A stretch of 61,043 nt of DNA from Nitrospirota bacterium (lineage in GTDB: Bacteria; Nitrospirota; UBA9217), in contig CAVUHW010000005.1 of the NCBI GenBank assembly GCA_963741205.1, forward strand, positions 1 to 61,043, read 5' to 3'. The translations under genes were made by a program, and so were the position numbers. Shown piece after piece: positions 42,005 through 54,082 of this stretch; positions within the stretch are counted from its first letter, which is position 1, and every line of letters begins with the position of its first letter. Below the pieces are notes generated by a model. That model ran no database searches and was not told where the DNA came from. It saw nothing but the letters and a program-made list of their open reading frames with translations.

Positions 42005-42484
42005 CTATGCCGGGACAAAATAGACATCCGTGGGTTTGAACTTGCAGTTCCGCAGGAACCTGGCCCTTACTCCCATCCCGATCTTGACTTCTTCGGGCTC
42101 CGCCCCGATGAGCCTCGAGAGGAACAGGGTGTTCACTCCGTCGAACTCCACGAGGATGAGGGTGAAGGGGGTCTCCTTGAGGAACGCCTCGCTCCCGTAG
42201 TAGCAGGTGGTGAAGGTATGGACCTTGCCGGAGAGGGGGAGTTCGAACCATTCGGTCTTTGCCCCGCATTCCATGCAGTGTCCGCGCGGCGTTGCATAGG
42301 TATAGCCGCACGCGGTGCAGCGGCTCCCCAGGAGTTTCTTTTTCGCGAGGCCGGCGAAGAACGGGGAGTCCTGGGCGTAGGAATGGATGTAGTCGATCTC
42401 ATAATGGTGCTTGATGATGATCGGGTCTGTATTGAAGAGGATCGTCCCGTCCTCGGTCTCGGGGATCTTTGCGTTTTTGTTCAT
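42005..42484 (-). CDS. DUF35 zinc-ribbon/OB-fold protein
   Basis: CTACG..PRGHCMECG, GKVHTFT. Confidence 0.9.
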   Translation of the reverse strand: MNKNAKIPETEDGTILFNTDPIIIKHHYEIDYIHSYAQDSPFFAGLAKKKLLGSRCTACGYTYATPRGHCMECGAKTEWFELPLSGKVHTFTTCYYGSEAFLKETPFTLILVEFDGVNTLFLSRLIGAEPEEVKIGMGVRARFLRNCKFKPTDVYFVPA

Positions 42485-42516
42485 GTCACACTCCCAAAAC
42501 CAAAATCCAAAGCGTC

Positions 42517-42615
42517 TCTCGCCAAGACGCAAAGTACGCAAAGGAAATCTTTAAATCTTGGGTTTCAAAAATCAAATGATGGAGTCTTTCTTTGCGAGCT
42601 TGGCGTCTTTGCGAG
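42517..42615. repeat. Intergenic inverted-repeat element
   Basis: tctcgccaagacgcaaag ... cttggcgtctttgcgaga. Confidence 0.7.
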
Positions 42616-42635
42616 AAAAGCATTTGTCGTTTGCT

Positions 42636-43927
42636 CTACGCCTTTTCCAGGATCGTCACCGTGATATACGTCCCCGTGCCTGCATGGCTGTGAATGAGCC
42701 CGCGCTTTGCGTTCGGGATCTGGAGCGTGTCGTCCTTGAGGTGCTTCCCGATGGTCCCCTGGAGCTGCCAGAAGGCGAAGACCGCCTGCATGAGGCCGGT
42801 GGCGCCGACCGGATGGCCGCAGGCGAGGAGGCCGCCGGAAGGGTTCACGGGAATCTTCTTCCATGGTCCCGGCATGAAGTCGAGGCCGTAATCGACGCCC
42901 GGCAGAAAGGGCGCGCCGGACTCAACGAATTTTCCGCCTTCTCCGTAGCGGCAGAGCCCCAGGTCTTCGTAGGTCTGGATCTCCGATGACGTGTATGCGT
43001 CGTGGAGTTCGATGAAGTCCAGTTCCTTTGACGGATTCGCGATACCCGCCATCGTGTAGGCGAGCTTTGCCGCGGTCCTTCCGGCGCGGAAGGAGTGGAC
43101 GCCGGGGTATTTGAGGTCTTGGTACTCCTCGGCGGACTCGTGGGGGAGAAGGATCACCTTGCCATGGGGACGGTCCGCCATTCTCATGGCGTCCGTGCCG
43201 CAGCCGACTCCGGTGATCCTGACCGGACTGTTGCAGAGCTTCTGCGCCGTCTCTTCGGAGGCGAGGATCGCCACTGCCGCGCCGTCGGACATCTGGCAAA
43301 TAGTCGCGCATGGTAAGGGGAGTGGAGACCATGGGGGACGAGCGGACATCCTCGATCGTCAGCTTCGCCGGGCTCTGGGCATAGGGATTATGGAGGGCGT
43401 TCCGGTGGTTCTTGACCGCGACCATGGCCATCTGCTCCACCGTGGTCCCGAATTCGTGCATGTGGCGCTGCACCATCATGGCGTAGTAGCCCGTGTAGAA
43501 GCCGCCCACGGGATAGTCGAAGTTCGTGTCCGAGGCGAGGGCGATGAACTCGTTTCCCTTCCAGGTGTTCACCCTGCTCATGGTCTCGAACCCCATGGCC
43601 AGGCAGACCTCCATCCTGCCCGAGGCGATCGCCTCCCACGCGGACTGCAAACAGAGGCCGCCGGTCGCCCCTCCTCCCTCGATTCTTCGGGACGGCTTGG
43701 GACAGAGCCCGAGGTAGTCCTGGACCATCGCGCCCGCCTTGAGCTGGCGGGTGAAGTGGTCGGAGAAGTAGGAGCAGACGCTCCCGTCGATCATGTCCCG
43801 GGTGAGGCCGGGACAGTCCGAGAGTGGCGTAGTCAAAGGCCTCCTTCACCATGAGCCGGAAGTCCTTCTCCGGATGGGCCTTGGCGAATTTGGTGATGCC
43901 GCCTGAGATCATGTAGACCGGACGCAT
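42636..43927 (-). CDS. Thiolase (SCP-x/archaeal type); frameshifts near 43300 and 43825
   Basis: RPVYMISGGITKF, KNHRNALHNPYAQ, SDGAA, ELHDAY, NPSGGLLACGHPVGATG. Confidence 0.9.
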
Positions 43928-44164
43928 TGATTATAGCCCTTTCTGATGGATATACATTGATGATAGCGCCGAATACCCGGTTGTCAAGACAGGCATTCAA
44001 AGTGGCGGATATGACAAGTAGGCTACGACTGGCGGGAAAAGGCCGAGCGGATCAAGGGAGGCGAAACATCCCGGCAACGTGAGCGCTTTCTCGGCGTTGC
44101 AGGGTGAGAAATGGGAATTATTTACAGGACCGTCGCATCTGTGGCCCGGTGGATGTTGCGGACT

Positions 44165-44728
44165 CTAACCGGATATCTTATCGATAAAGAACTCCTCGAT
44201 CTTGGATGAATTTGTCCTTGCATACGATTGGTGCAGACTTGCCTTCTTTGTGTGAAATTCGCTCTCCGAAATAAGGCCGGCCTCCCTGGCCCTGTCTAGA
44301 ATATCCATTTTGTCCCGTAATTCAGCTTGGTCCTCTTTTGATAATTGGGCCACCCGGGCCAAGTCCCTTTGCAAACGCTTTTCACGGTAGTTCTTCATCG
44401 CCTTTTGAACCAGGTACGCTGTTACGGCTGTCGCCATAATCGGCAAAAAGACGGAAAGAAATTTGTAAGTCGTGGAGCTGACCACATGAGTTCCGCCTTT
44501 CATCAGGCCCCAGGAGGCCAGATATCCCCTGAGCGGCGATGTGGTAAAGTTAGAGACCACCCACGATCCAACCACGAGCCCCGAAATGGCGCTGACACTC
44601 GGAATTTGGCTGAAGACCTGTTTATTGAGGTAAAAGGCCAGCTCTCTAAATTCTTTGTTTAATTTGGCCTTATCCATCTTCTTCAAATTCTGGAGAATCG
44701 CTATCAGGTGATCAATCAGTTTATCCAT
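44165..44728 (-). CDS. Hypothetical membrane protein
   Basis: Two hydrophobic segments and a SHOCT-like end (EAGLISESEF..KK). Confidence 0.7.
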   Translation of the reverse strand: MDKLIDHLIAILQNLKKMDKAKLNKEFRELAFYLNKQVFSQIPSVSAISGLVVGSWVVSNFTTSPLRGYLASWGLMKGGTHVVSSTTYKFLSVFLPIMATAVTAYLVQKAMKNYREKRLQRDLARVAQLSKEDQAELRDKMDILDRAREAGLISESEFHTKKASLHQSYARTNSSKIEEFFIDKISG

Positions 44729-44908
44729 AGCGGATAGAATAAACCCGGCAAGAGTGATTGTCAAGTTGGAACATCGCCATTTCGGACAAGGGGAAAAAGG
44801 TTTTGCCAGGACGTCGCCGGTCTTGCCTCTGTCTGTCAAAAGCGCTAATCTTAAGGTAAGATTGAACGCTTGAGATCGGACCGCGCCGTTACCGTTAAGG
44901 AGAACGAC

Positions 44909-46856
44909 ATGGAGAGGGAATTTGTCTGGAAGCCGAGCGATGATTATATAAAGAGAAGCAAGCTGAAGCGGTTCATGGATAAGCACGGGATAAAGGACTT
45001 TCAGGACCTTCTCGCAAAATCGACCGTTGATATCGAATGGTTCTGGAACGCGGTCATTGAAGATCTGGACATCGAATTCTACCGGCCTTACGATAAAGTC
45101 GTCGATCTCTCCGGGGGCATCCAATTTCCCAAATGGTGCGTGAACGGGAAGATGAACATCATCCATAACATGCTCGACAAATATATCGACACGCCCGTTC
45201 AGGACAGGATCGCTGTGCGCGCCGAATCAGAGGATGGGGCCGTAAGGCTCCTGTCCTACCATGACCTCTGGACGGAAGTAAACCGGATGGCGAATGCCCT
45301 CCGGGAGCATGGCTTCAGCAAAGGCGACATCATTGCCCTCTACTTGCCGATGACGCCGGAGATCGTTATTGCTTTCTGCGCGATCATAAAAATCGGAGGG
45401 ATCGTTCTTCCCCTATTCTCCGGTTACGGCCCCGGTCCCATCTCGGTAAGGATCGAGGACACCAAAGCCGCGGGTGTTTTCACCTGTGACGGCACGATCC
45501 GAAAAGGGAAAAAAGTCCTCATGAAACCGGTGCTCGATGAGGCAATCAAGGATATCCCCTCGGTGCGGAAAGTGATCGTATACCGGAACATCGGGGAACA
45601 TGTTGCCGTCACGGACAGAGACGTGTTCTGGGACGAGATCATGAAGGGGAAATCGAATTTCGCAGACACGGAGCATACTGATGCCGAAGATATTCTTACG
45701 CTCCTGTATACGAGCGGCACGACAGGAAGGCCCAAGGCAGCGGTCCACACTCACTGCGGCTTTCCGGTTAAGGGCGCACAGGACATGGCGCACGGCATGG
45801 ATATTCAGGAATCCGATGTCATGTTCTGGGTAACCGACATGGGCTGGATGATGGGTCCGTGGGAGGTGTTCGGGAGTCTGATCCTTCGGGCAACGATAAT
45901 GCTCTACGACGGTTCGCCCGATCATCCCGACATAGGACGAATCTGGTCGATTGTCGAGAGACATGGCGTAACCTGCCTCGGCGTCACGCCCTCATTGGTA
46001 CGGATGCTAATGGCCGCAGGGCAGTGGACCGGTTGAACGTTATAACTTGTCGTCATTAAGGACCTTCGCCTCTACCGGCGAGCCCTGGGACAGCGAGAGC
46101 TGGATGTGGCTATTTAAGCAAGTGGGGAAGGGGAAAATCCCGATCATCAATTATTCAGGAGGAACGGAGATCAGCGGCGGCATACTCATGGGGAACGTCC
46201 TGACGCCGTTAAAACCGACGGCTTTTTCAGGGCCGGCCCCAGGGATGGCTGCAGACGTGGTTGACGAGAACGGCGAGTCTGTTAGGGGGGCGGTCGGAGT
46301 ACTTGTTGTCCGGAAACCCTGGATCGGAATGGCGCGGGGGTTTTATAACGACCCGGAGAGATATGTAAACACCTACTGGTCCCGGTACCCGAATGTATGG
46401 GTCCATGGAGATTTTGCGCTGATCGATCGCGATAACCTGTGGTACATACTCGGAAGGTTCGATGATACCATCAAGGTGGCAGGCAAGAGGATCGGTCCGG
46501 CAGAGGTGGAAAGTGTCGTGATGGAGCATCCCGATGTCATGGAATCCGCGGCAATCGGGATCCCGGACCCGGTGAAGGGGCAGGCAATCATCGTCTTCTG
46601 TGTTGTGAAACCCGGCAGGGAAAAGACAGAAGGGTTGGAAGAGGAAATAAAGAGCCTCGTCGCTCTGAAAATGGGAAAGCCTTTTGCGCCGAAGAAGGTG
46701 CATCTCGTAAGTGATCTTCCCAAGACGCGGAACACGAAGATCATGCGGAGGGTGATACGAAGAGCATACGCCGGAGAAGATATTGGCGACTTGAGCTCGC
46801 TCGCAAACCCCCAGACGGTTGAGGAGATCGGAGCAAGGGGCAGGGAGAAAGAGTAA
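44909..46856 (+). CDS. AMP-forming acyl-CoA synthetase (acetyl-CoA synthetase-like); frameshift near 46020
   Basis: [42 protein letters not shown]. Confidence 0.92.
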
Positions 46857-46882
46857 AGGTTATGCCATTTCGGGAGGTGAGC

Positions 46883-48422
46883 ATGGAGTTCCTCAAAAGC
46901 TTGGGAATCAAAAAAATAAATTCAGGGATATCGACAGGAAGCTGGTGGGACACGGACGCCGCAGACATCATGATTGACGTCGTTTCTCCCGTTGATGGAA
47001 AGCACATCGCCTCCGTCAGGCAGGCCACGAGAGAGGCGTATGATAAAGTCGTTAAGACCGCCGCAGTCTGCCTTTCTCCATTGGCAGTTGGTCCCGGCCC
47101 CGAAGCGGGGCGAGATCGTCCGGCAGATCGGCCTCAAGCTTCGGACCTATAAAGAACCCCTGGGCACGCTCGTCTCCTACGAGATGGGCAAGTCCCTCCA
47201 GGAAGGATTGGGCGAGGTCCAGGAGATGATCGATATCTGCGACTTCGCGGTGGGGCAGTCCCGGATGCTGTACGGCTTCACCATGCACTCCGAGCGGGAA
47301 GGGCACCGGATGTACGAGCAGTACCATCCGCTGGGACCTGTCGGCATCGTGACCGCGTTCAATTTCCCCGTATCGGTATGGTCCTGGAACGCCATGCTTG
47401 CCGCGGTATGCGGCGACGTGATGATCTGGAAACCGTCGCCCAAGGTACCTCTTTCCGCCATCGCCGTGCAGAAGATCATAGCGGGGGTCCTCAGGGAGAA
47501 CGATCTTCCCGAGGGGATATTCTCCCTGGTGATCGGACAGAACGCTGTCATCGGCGAAGCGCTGCTATCCGACCCGCGCCTGCCGCTCATCTCTTTCACC
47601 GGCTCGGTGCCCATCGGCCGTCATGCCGCGGAAGTCGTGGCAAAGCGGCTTGGGAGGACCATTCTGGAACTTTCCGGCAACAACGCCATCATCCTGACCG
47701 AATACACGGACCTGAACCTCGCGCTCCGCGCCGTCGTCTTCGGCGCTGTCGGCACAGCCGGGCAGCGTTGTACCTCCACACGCAGGCTGATCATTCATGA
47801 GGCGGTTTATGACAAGGTCAGAAACGCTCTGATAAAGGCCTATGAAGGCCTTCACATCGGCAATCCCCTGGATGAAAAAAACCACGTGGGACCCTTGATC
47901 GACAAGACAGCCGTGGCCTCCTTCACCGACGCTCTCAATGCCGGAAAAGAGCAGGGGTGCCGCGTGATCTATGGCGGGCAGGTGCTCTCCGGTAAAGGGT
48001 ATGAATCAGGCTGCTACGTGGTACCTGCCCTTGTGGAGGCCGAGAACCAGTTCCCCATCGTACAAAGGGAGACCTTCGGTCCGATACTCTATCTCATAAA
48101 ATATTCGGGCGACGTGTCCCAGGCCATCGCCCTTCAGAACGACGTGACGCAGGGACTCTCATCCGCCGTCTTCACCACCGACATGAGGCAGGCTGAGGAG
48201 TTCCTCTCCGCCACCGGCTCCGACTGCGGCATCGCCAACGTCAACATCGGCACCTCAGGAGCGGAGATCGGTGGCGCTTTTGGAGGCGAGAAGGAGACCG
48301 GCGGGGGAAGGGAATCAGGCTCCGACGCCTGGAAGGCCTACATGCGCCGCCAGACCGTGACTGTCAATTACGGGACCGCGCTGCCCCTGGCCCAGGGGAT
48401 CAGGTTCGATGTAGGGTCCTGA
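46883..48422 (+). CDS. Aldehyde dehydrogenase (ALDH7/piperideine-6-carboxylate dehydrogenase-like); frameshift near 47070
   Basis: AFNFP, FTGS, LELSGNN, GTAGQRCT, GAEIGGAFGGEKETGGGRESGSD. Confidence 0.92.
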
Positions 48423-48426
48423 GTTT

Positions 48427-48560
48427 TTCCTCCCCCTTCAAGGGGGAGGTGAGGAGGGGGATGTGTCAGGCAGAAAGTCGCTGATAAGATGTAGACCATC
48501 CCCACCCCTGCCGGATACAACTCCCCTCACCCCTGCCCCTCTCCCGCAGTGGGAGAGGGA
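48427..48560. repeat. Palindromic intergenic element
   Basis: cctcccccttcaagggggagg ... ccctctcccgcagtgggagaggg. Confidence 0.6.
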
Positions 48561-48611
48561 AAAAGGGAGCGTGGGCTTCATCTTTGAGAGAGTGAACGGA
48601 AGGAGCACCTC

Positions 48612-49674
48612 ATGAGCAAGCTGTTTTCACCATTCACCCTGCGCGGGATCGAATTTAAGAACCGCATCTTCGTCTCTCCCATGTGCCAGTATTCGAGCTG
48701 GGAGGGGATGCCGACGGACTGGCACCTTGTTCACCTGGGGAGCCGTGCCGTGGGCGGCGCAGCCCTCGTCATGGTGGAGGCGACAGCTGTCAGTCGCGAA
48801 GGCCGGATCAGCCCGGATGACAGCGGTATCTGGGCGGACGAACACTCCGAGGCATTTGCCCTGATCGCCAAATTCATCTCCGAACAGAGAGCGGTTCCCG
48901 GAATCCAGCTCGCCCACGCCGGGCGCAAGGCATCGACCGACGCGCCGTGGTGCGACGGGAGGCCGCTCAAGCCGTATGAGCGCGGATGGCAGCCGCTCGC
49001 ACCGAGTTCCATCCCCTTTGCCGACGGCTTTCCCATACCGCGAGAAATGACCGTGAATGATATTGATGACGTGGTCGCGCAGTTCAGGGATGCAGCCAAA
49101 CGCAGCCTTGCTGCGGGGTTCCAGGTCGTCGAGGTCCATTCTGCGCATGGTTATCTCCTACACGAGTTCCTCTCCCCGCTCTCCAATAAAAGGTCGGATG
49201 AATACGGCGGGAGCCTGGAAAATCGTATGCGCTTTCCGCTGAGGGTGGCCATGTCGGTGCGCGAGGTCTGGCCGGACAAGCTTCCCGTCTTCGTCCGCAT
49301 CTCCGCAACGGATTGGGTGGAGGGCGGGTGGGACCTTGCGCAGTCAATTCAGTACAGCATGCGGCTTAAGGACGCTGGGCGTCGACCTTATCGACTGTTC
49401 CGCCGGCTATCTCATGCCCCGCGTGCACATCCCCGAAGGACCGGGTTATCTGACCCCCTTTGCAGCCGCGATCCGGCGCGAGGCAAAAATTGCGACAGGC
49501 ACGGTCGGCTTCATTACCGAACCTGCCCAGGCCGAGCAGATCGTGACTACGGAAATTGCGGATGCAGTTTTTCTCGCTCGCCAGATGCTTCGTGACCCCT
49601 ACTGGCCGCTCCATGCGGCAAAGGCGCTTGGCGTGGACCTGCCCTGGCCGGTCCAGTATGCCCGGGCGAGGTGA
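48612..49674 (+). CDS. NADH:flavin oxidoreductase (YqjM/NamA-type old yellow enzyme); frameshift near 49375
   Basis: SPMCQYS, QLAHAGRK, HSAHGYLLHEFLSPLSN, LRDPYWP. Confidence 0.92.
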
Positions 49675-49683
49675 GGAATAACC

Positions 49684-50718
49684 GTGAATGAAGGCGATCG
49701 CATTGCCGGTATCGATATTTCTCCGCCTCTGGCCATGCTTCGGATAATCGAGGGGTTCTGGCTTTCCCGGGCGCTAGCCATAGCCGTTAAGCTCGATATC
49801 GCCGACCTTCTGAAGGACGGACCGAAGAGCATCGAGGAACTGGCCGACGCCACCGGGACGCATGCCCCCTCGCTCTTTCGCGTGCTGCGCGCGCTTGCCG
49901 GAGCGGGCGTTTTCAACGAATATGAAAGCGGCCGCTTTGCCGCGACCAATCTTGCCGCCACGCTCCAGACCGGCGTTCCAGGATCGCTTCGAGGTTTCGT
50001 GCTCGAAGAATTGGACGAAGAGCATTACAGCGCGTGGAGCGACATGATGCACAGTGTCATGACCGGCGAGACCGCCTTCGACCATCATTTCAACATGGAT
50101 CTGTGGACGTACCGCGCCCGGCATCCGGAAGACGCAAAGACCTTCGACGAGGCAATGGCGAACATGACCGAGGCGGCCGTCGGGCCGATCCTGGGGGCGT
50201 ATGACTTCTCATCATTCGGCACGGTGGTTGACGTAGGGGGCGGAGATGGAAGTCTTCTTGCAGCCGTCCTCAAGACGCACGCCGGCATGAAGGGGGTGCT
50301 TTTCGACGTCCCGCGCGTCATTCACAAGGCAGAGCACCGGATCGGGGCAGCAGGGCTGACGGACCGCTGCCACATTGTCGCCGGAGATTTTTTTAAATCG
50401 ATCACGCCAGGCGGTGACGCTTACATCCTCAAGGCGGTCATCCATGATTGGGACGATGAGCGCGCGGCGGCCATCCTCAGGAATTGTCGCCGCGCCATGG
50501 CGGAGAACGGCAGGCTGCTTTTGATCGAAGCCGTTATCCCTCCCGGCAACGGGCCGTTCTTCCACAAGTTCATGGACCTCAATATGATGGTGATGACCGG
50601 CGGCCGCGAGCGCACCGAAGCGGAGTATCGCGCCCTCCTTTCGGCAGCGGGCTTCAAGCTGACGCGGATCGTCCCGACGCAATTCGAGTTGAGCGTGATC
50701 GAGGCGATGCGCGATTGA
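49684..50718 (+). CDS. O-methyltransferase (dimerisation + Methyltransf_2)
   Basis: VDVGGGDG, AGDFF, IHDWDD, GGRERT. Confidence 0.93.
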   Translation: MNEGDRIAGIDISPPLAMLRIIEGFWLSRALAIAVKLDIADLLKDGPKSIEELADATGTHAPSLFRVLRALAGAGVFNEYESGRFAATNLAATLQTGVPGSLRGFVLEELDEEHYSAWSDMMHSVMTGETAFDHHFNMDLWTYRARHPEDAKTFDEAMANMTEAAVGPILGAYDFSSFGTVVDVGGGDGSLLAAVLKTHAGMKGVLFDVPRVIHKAEHRIGAAGLTDRCHIVAGDFFKSITPGGDAYILKAVIHDWDDERAAAILRNCRRAMAENGRLLLIEAVIPPGNGPFFHKFMDLNMMVMTGGRERTEAEYRALLSAAGFKLTRIVPTQFELSVIEAMRD

Positions 50719-50873
50719 GTTTGGCTGCCTTGCGGTATACCACTGCACGGCAAAACAGAAATGGACAACAATAGAAAACGGACATCATGCGGCCGCCGGT
50801 ATCGATGAACGCCATAGCCGCTGTTGCACTGCGATATAATTGACACGGAAAGACTACTATTTGGGAGGACCCC

Positions 50874-51455
50874 ATGAACGGCAAACCGATCAGCCGGTAT
50901 CCGGCGCCGGCACTTCAGGACCTGCCGCAGGACATTAAGGACCGCATCCTGGCGGTACAAGACAAGGCCGGCTTCGTGCCGAATGTGTTTCTCGCCCTCG
51001 CCCACCGGCCGGACGAGTTCCGCGCTTTTTTCGCGTATCACGAGGCGCTCATGGAAAAGGAGGGGGGGCTCACGAGGGCGGAACGCGAGATGATCGTGGT
51101 CGCCACCTCGGGCATGAACCAATGCCAGTACTGCGTCGTTGCCCATGGGGCCATTCTGCGCGTCCGCGCAAAGAATTCCCTGATCGCGGACCAGGTCGCC
51201 GTCAACTACCGCAAGGCTGACATCACACCGCGCCAAAAGGCGATGCTCGACTTCGCCGTGAAGGTGTCCCGGCATTCGGAGGAGGTTGGAGATGCAGACT
51301 TCGACGCGCTGCGCCAGCACGGCTTTTCAGACGAGGATATCTGGGACATCGGCGCCATCAGCGCTTTTTTCGCGCTGTCTAACCGCATGGCCAACCTGAT
51401 CGACATGCGACCGAACGACGAGTTCTACCTTATCGGGCGGGTGCCGAAGAAGTAG
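50874..51455 (+). CDS. Peroxidase-related AhpD/CMD family protein
   Basis: GFVPNVF, EMIVVATS..NQCQYCVVAH. Confidence 0.92.
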   Translation: MNGKPISRYPAPALQDLPQDIKDRILAVQDKAGFVPNVFLALAHRPDEFRAFFAYHEALMEKEGGLTRAEREMIVVATSGMNQCQYCVVAHGAILRVRAKNSLIADQVAVNYRKADITPRQKAMLDFAVKVSRHSEEVGDADFDALRQHGFSDEDIWDIGAISAFFALSNRMANLIDMRPNDEFYLIGRVPKK

Positions 51456-51488
51456 CCGGCCGGTCGCCGGTGGAGGGACAACGTCATC

Positions 51489-52421
51489 ATGATTCGAACG
51501 CAACGCCCCATGCACACCTATTCCATCATCGCGCGTGACCCCCTTACCGGTGAATTCGGGGCCGCAGTCCAGTCTCACTGGTTCGCTGTTGGGACGCTCT
51601 GTCTCTGGGCTGAAGCAGGCGTGGGTGCGGTTGCGACGCAGGCACTTGTAGATCCCGGTTACGGCAAGCTCGGACTTGAATTAATGCGGGCAGGGAAAAG
51701 CGCGCCGGCGGCGCTCCGAGGCTTGCTCGCCGCGGACGAGGCCCGCGAAGTCCGTCAGGTAGCCATGATCGATAGGGAGGGCCGCGTCGTAGCCCATACC
51801 GGCAAGAAAACCATTCCCCTTGCAGGGCACGCTATCGGGAAAGGCTTCTCAGCGCAGGCGAATATGATGCTGAACGATCGGGTATGGCCTGCCATGGCAC
51901 AGGCCTTTGAGATCACCGCGGGCGACCTGGCAGAGAGAATGATGGCTGCGCTCGAGGCGGGACAGGCTGCGGGCGGCGACATACGGGGCCAACAGTCGGC
52001 CGCGCTTATTGTCGTCGCGGGCAAACCCACGGAACGGCCCTGGACGGACCGGACGTTTGATCTCCGGGTGGATGACCATTCCCAACCCCTGAAGGAACTT
52101 CGCCGTCTGGTCGTGCTTCAGCGGGCATACAACCACATGAACGCGGGAGACAAGGCCATGGAGCACAGGGACAACGTGAAGGCCCTTGAGGAATACGGGG
52201 CTGCCGCGGAACTGGCGCCTGACAATCTCGAGATTGTGTTCTGGCATGCAATCGCCCTCGTGAACATGCAGCGCATCGACGACGCCCTGCCGCTCTTCCG
52301 GAGCGTCTTCGCAAGAGACAAAAACTGGGTGATACTCACGCCGCGCCTCGCGGAGGCGGAGCTGATCCCGAATGATCCGCGGCTGATCGAACGCATCTGC
52401 GGAGTCGACGCTGATCGCTAG
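51489..52421 (+). CDS. DUF1028 Ntn-hydrolase-like protein with TPR
   Basis: HTYSIIARD, GVGAVATQA, GGDIRGQQSAA, LRVDDH. Confidence 0.9.
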   Translation: MIRTQRPMHTYSIIARDPLTGEFGAAVQSHWFAVGTLCLWAEAGVGAVATQALVDPGYGKLGLELMRAGKSAPAALRGLLAADEAREVRQVAMIDREGRVVAHTGKKTIPLAGHAIGKGFSAQANMMLNDRVWPAMAQAFEITAGDLAERMMAALEAGQAAGGDIRGQQSAALIVVAGKPTERPWTDRTFDLRVDDHSQPLKELRRLVVLQRAYNHMNAGDKAMEHRDNVKALEEYGAAAELAPDNLEIVFWHAIALVNMQRIDDALPLFRSVFARDKNWVILTPRLAEAELIPNDPRLIERICGVDADR

Positions 52422-52452
52422 TGTAGAGTGTAATAGGCCTCTATCCTTATTC

Positions 52453-52519
52453 TGTCATTCCGGGCTTGACCCGGAATCCAATTTAAATCGGATGGATTCC
52501 CGCTTTCGCGGGAATGACA
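52453..52519. repeat. GTCATTCC-type palindromic intergenic element
   Basis: tgtcattccgggcttgacccggaatcca..tggattcccgctttcgcgggaatgaca. Confidence 0.75.
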
Positions 52520-52594
52520 TCGTAAAAATGTAATTATAAATAAAAGCGTTTGGCTCACTTCACTAGCCGTTCGATACTGGCACAGGAGAGGCAA

Positions 52595-53035
52595 ATGAAT
52601 ATCCCCGAAATTACAGAAAGACTGATGGCTGCCAAGAAGCAGAAAGACCTGAGCTTTGCTGACCTGGGGAAGATCGTCGGCCGCGACGAAGTCTGGATCG
52701 CGGCGCTGTTTTATCGCCAGGCAAGCGCCTCAAGGGAAGAGGCCTTGAAATTGACGGCCGCACTCGGTCTTGGTCCTGATATCGCCGAGGCGCTCACAGA
52801 GTTTCCCGTAAAGGGATTGGGGGTTGTCGTGCCTGCCGACCCTCTTCTGTATCGCTTTCATGAGATCATGCAGGTCTACGGCATGCCCCTCAAGGCTGTG
52901 ATCAATGAGAAATTCGGCGACGGGATCATGAGCGCTGTTGACCTGATATTAACAGTCGCCAAGGAACAGGATCCTCATGGTGACCGCGTGCGGATTACCC
53001 TGTCAGGCAAGTTTTTGCCTTATAAGAAGTGGTAG
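52595..53035 (+). CDS. cynS: Cyanase
   Basis: [26 protein letters not shown]. Confidence 0.95.
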   Translation: MNIPEITERLMAAKKQKDLSFADLGKIVGRDEVWIAALFYRQASASREEALKLTAALGLGPDIAEALTEFPVKGLGVVVPADPLLYRFHEIMQVYGMPLKAVINEKFGDGIMSAVDLILTVAKEQDPHGDRVRITLSGKFLPYKKW

Positions 53036-53125
53036 CGAACCCTCATCCGTCAGCATCAAGATAAAGAAACAAAATCCGGGAGGCATGTTGAATCGTTTGT
53101 CCTCATTAGCGAGAGAGGGCCGCTG

Positions 53126-53809
53126 ATGGCCGTCAACTTAAAATTGCTCGCGGCGGAAACTGCAATCCTGTTTCTGGTCATTGCTTTGCTTTTATTTCTT
53201 CCCGCCGGCACAATCGCCTGGCTTTCCGGCTGGATCTTTCTCATTCTGTTTTTTGGTTTTGTCATTGCCGTCACGGTATGGTTATCCCGGCATGACCCTG
53301 GATTACTCCAGGAGCGCATGACCTTGTTCAAGCCCGATCAAGAAGCGTGGGACAAGGTGCTGGTTATCTTGGTGGAGATCCTCTTTTTTGCATGGCTGGG
53401 CTTTATGCCGTTGGACGCTGTTCGCTTTCGATGGTCACATATGCCGGTATGGCTTCATCTTGCCGGTGCGATTATCCTGTTGTTCTCGTTCTACCTTTTT
53501 TTCCTGACGTTCCGGGAAAACCCGTACCTGTCACCTGCCGTACGCATTCAGAAAGAGCGAGGGCATACGGTGATCTCGACGGGTCCCTACCGCTATGTGC
53601 GTCATCCGATGTATGCGGCATTCATCGTCTTTGCTCTCGGGACATCCCTCCTTCTGGGGTCATGGTACGGCGTTCTTTCCGGGTCAATCCTCGTGGTCGT
53701 CATTGCGAGACGGGCTGTGTTGGAAGAACGCATGTTACGGAAGGAACTAAAAGGCTATGACCGCTATATGGACCAGGTCAAATATCGTCTTATTCCCTTT
53801 GTCTGGTAA
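53126..53809 (+). CDS. Isoprenylcysteine carboxyl methyltransferase family membrane protein
   Basis: TGPYRYVRHPMY, EERML, YRLIPFVW. Confidence 0.9.
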   Translation: MAVNLKLLAAETAILFLVIALLLFLPAGTIAWLSGWIFLILFFGFVIAVTVWLSRHDPGLLQERMTLFKPDQEAWDKVLVILVEILFFAWLGFMPLDAVRFRWSHMPVWLHLAGAIILLFSFYLFFLTFRENPYLSPAVRIQKERGHTVISTGPYRYVRHPMYAAFIVFALGTSLLLGSWYGVLSGSILVVVIARRAVLEERMLRKELKGYDRYMDQVKYRLIPFVW

Positions 53810-54082
53810 GGATGATCGTGCTTACCCGTGAAAATGCTGTCATGCAGGGAATGCAATACCCGATGCATCAACGATGACAACCTCGAAATGAGATTACGTT
53901 TTATTCTTTCATAGAATGCCTACTCTCTAATTGAGTCTTCCGCTTTAACGCCCTTTCTCATCCGCCGCACAGAGCAAGACCCATCCGAACGACCAGATGC
54001 TCATGTGCAGGCCGCTATAAGTTATGCTATATTGTCAACTGAACGGTAACATCATCCCAATCCAACAAGAAGGAGGTAGTGC

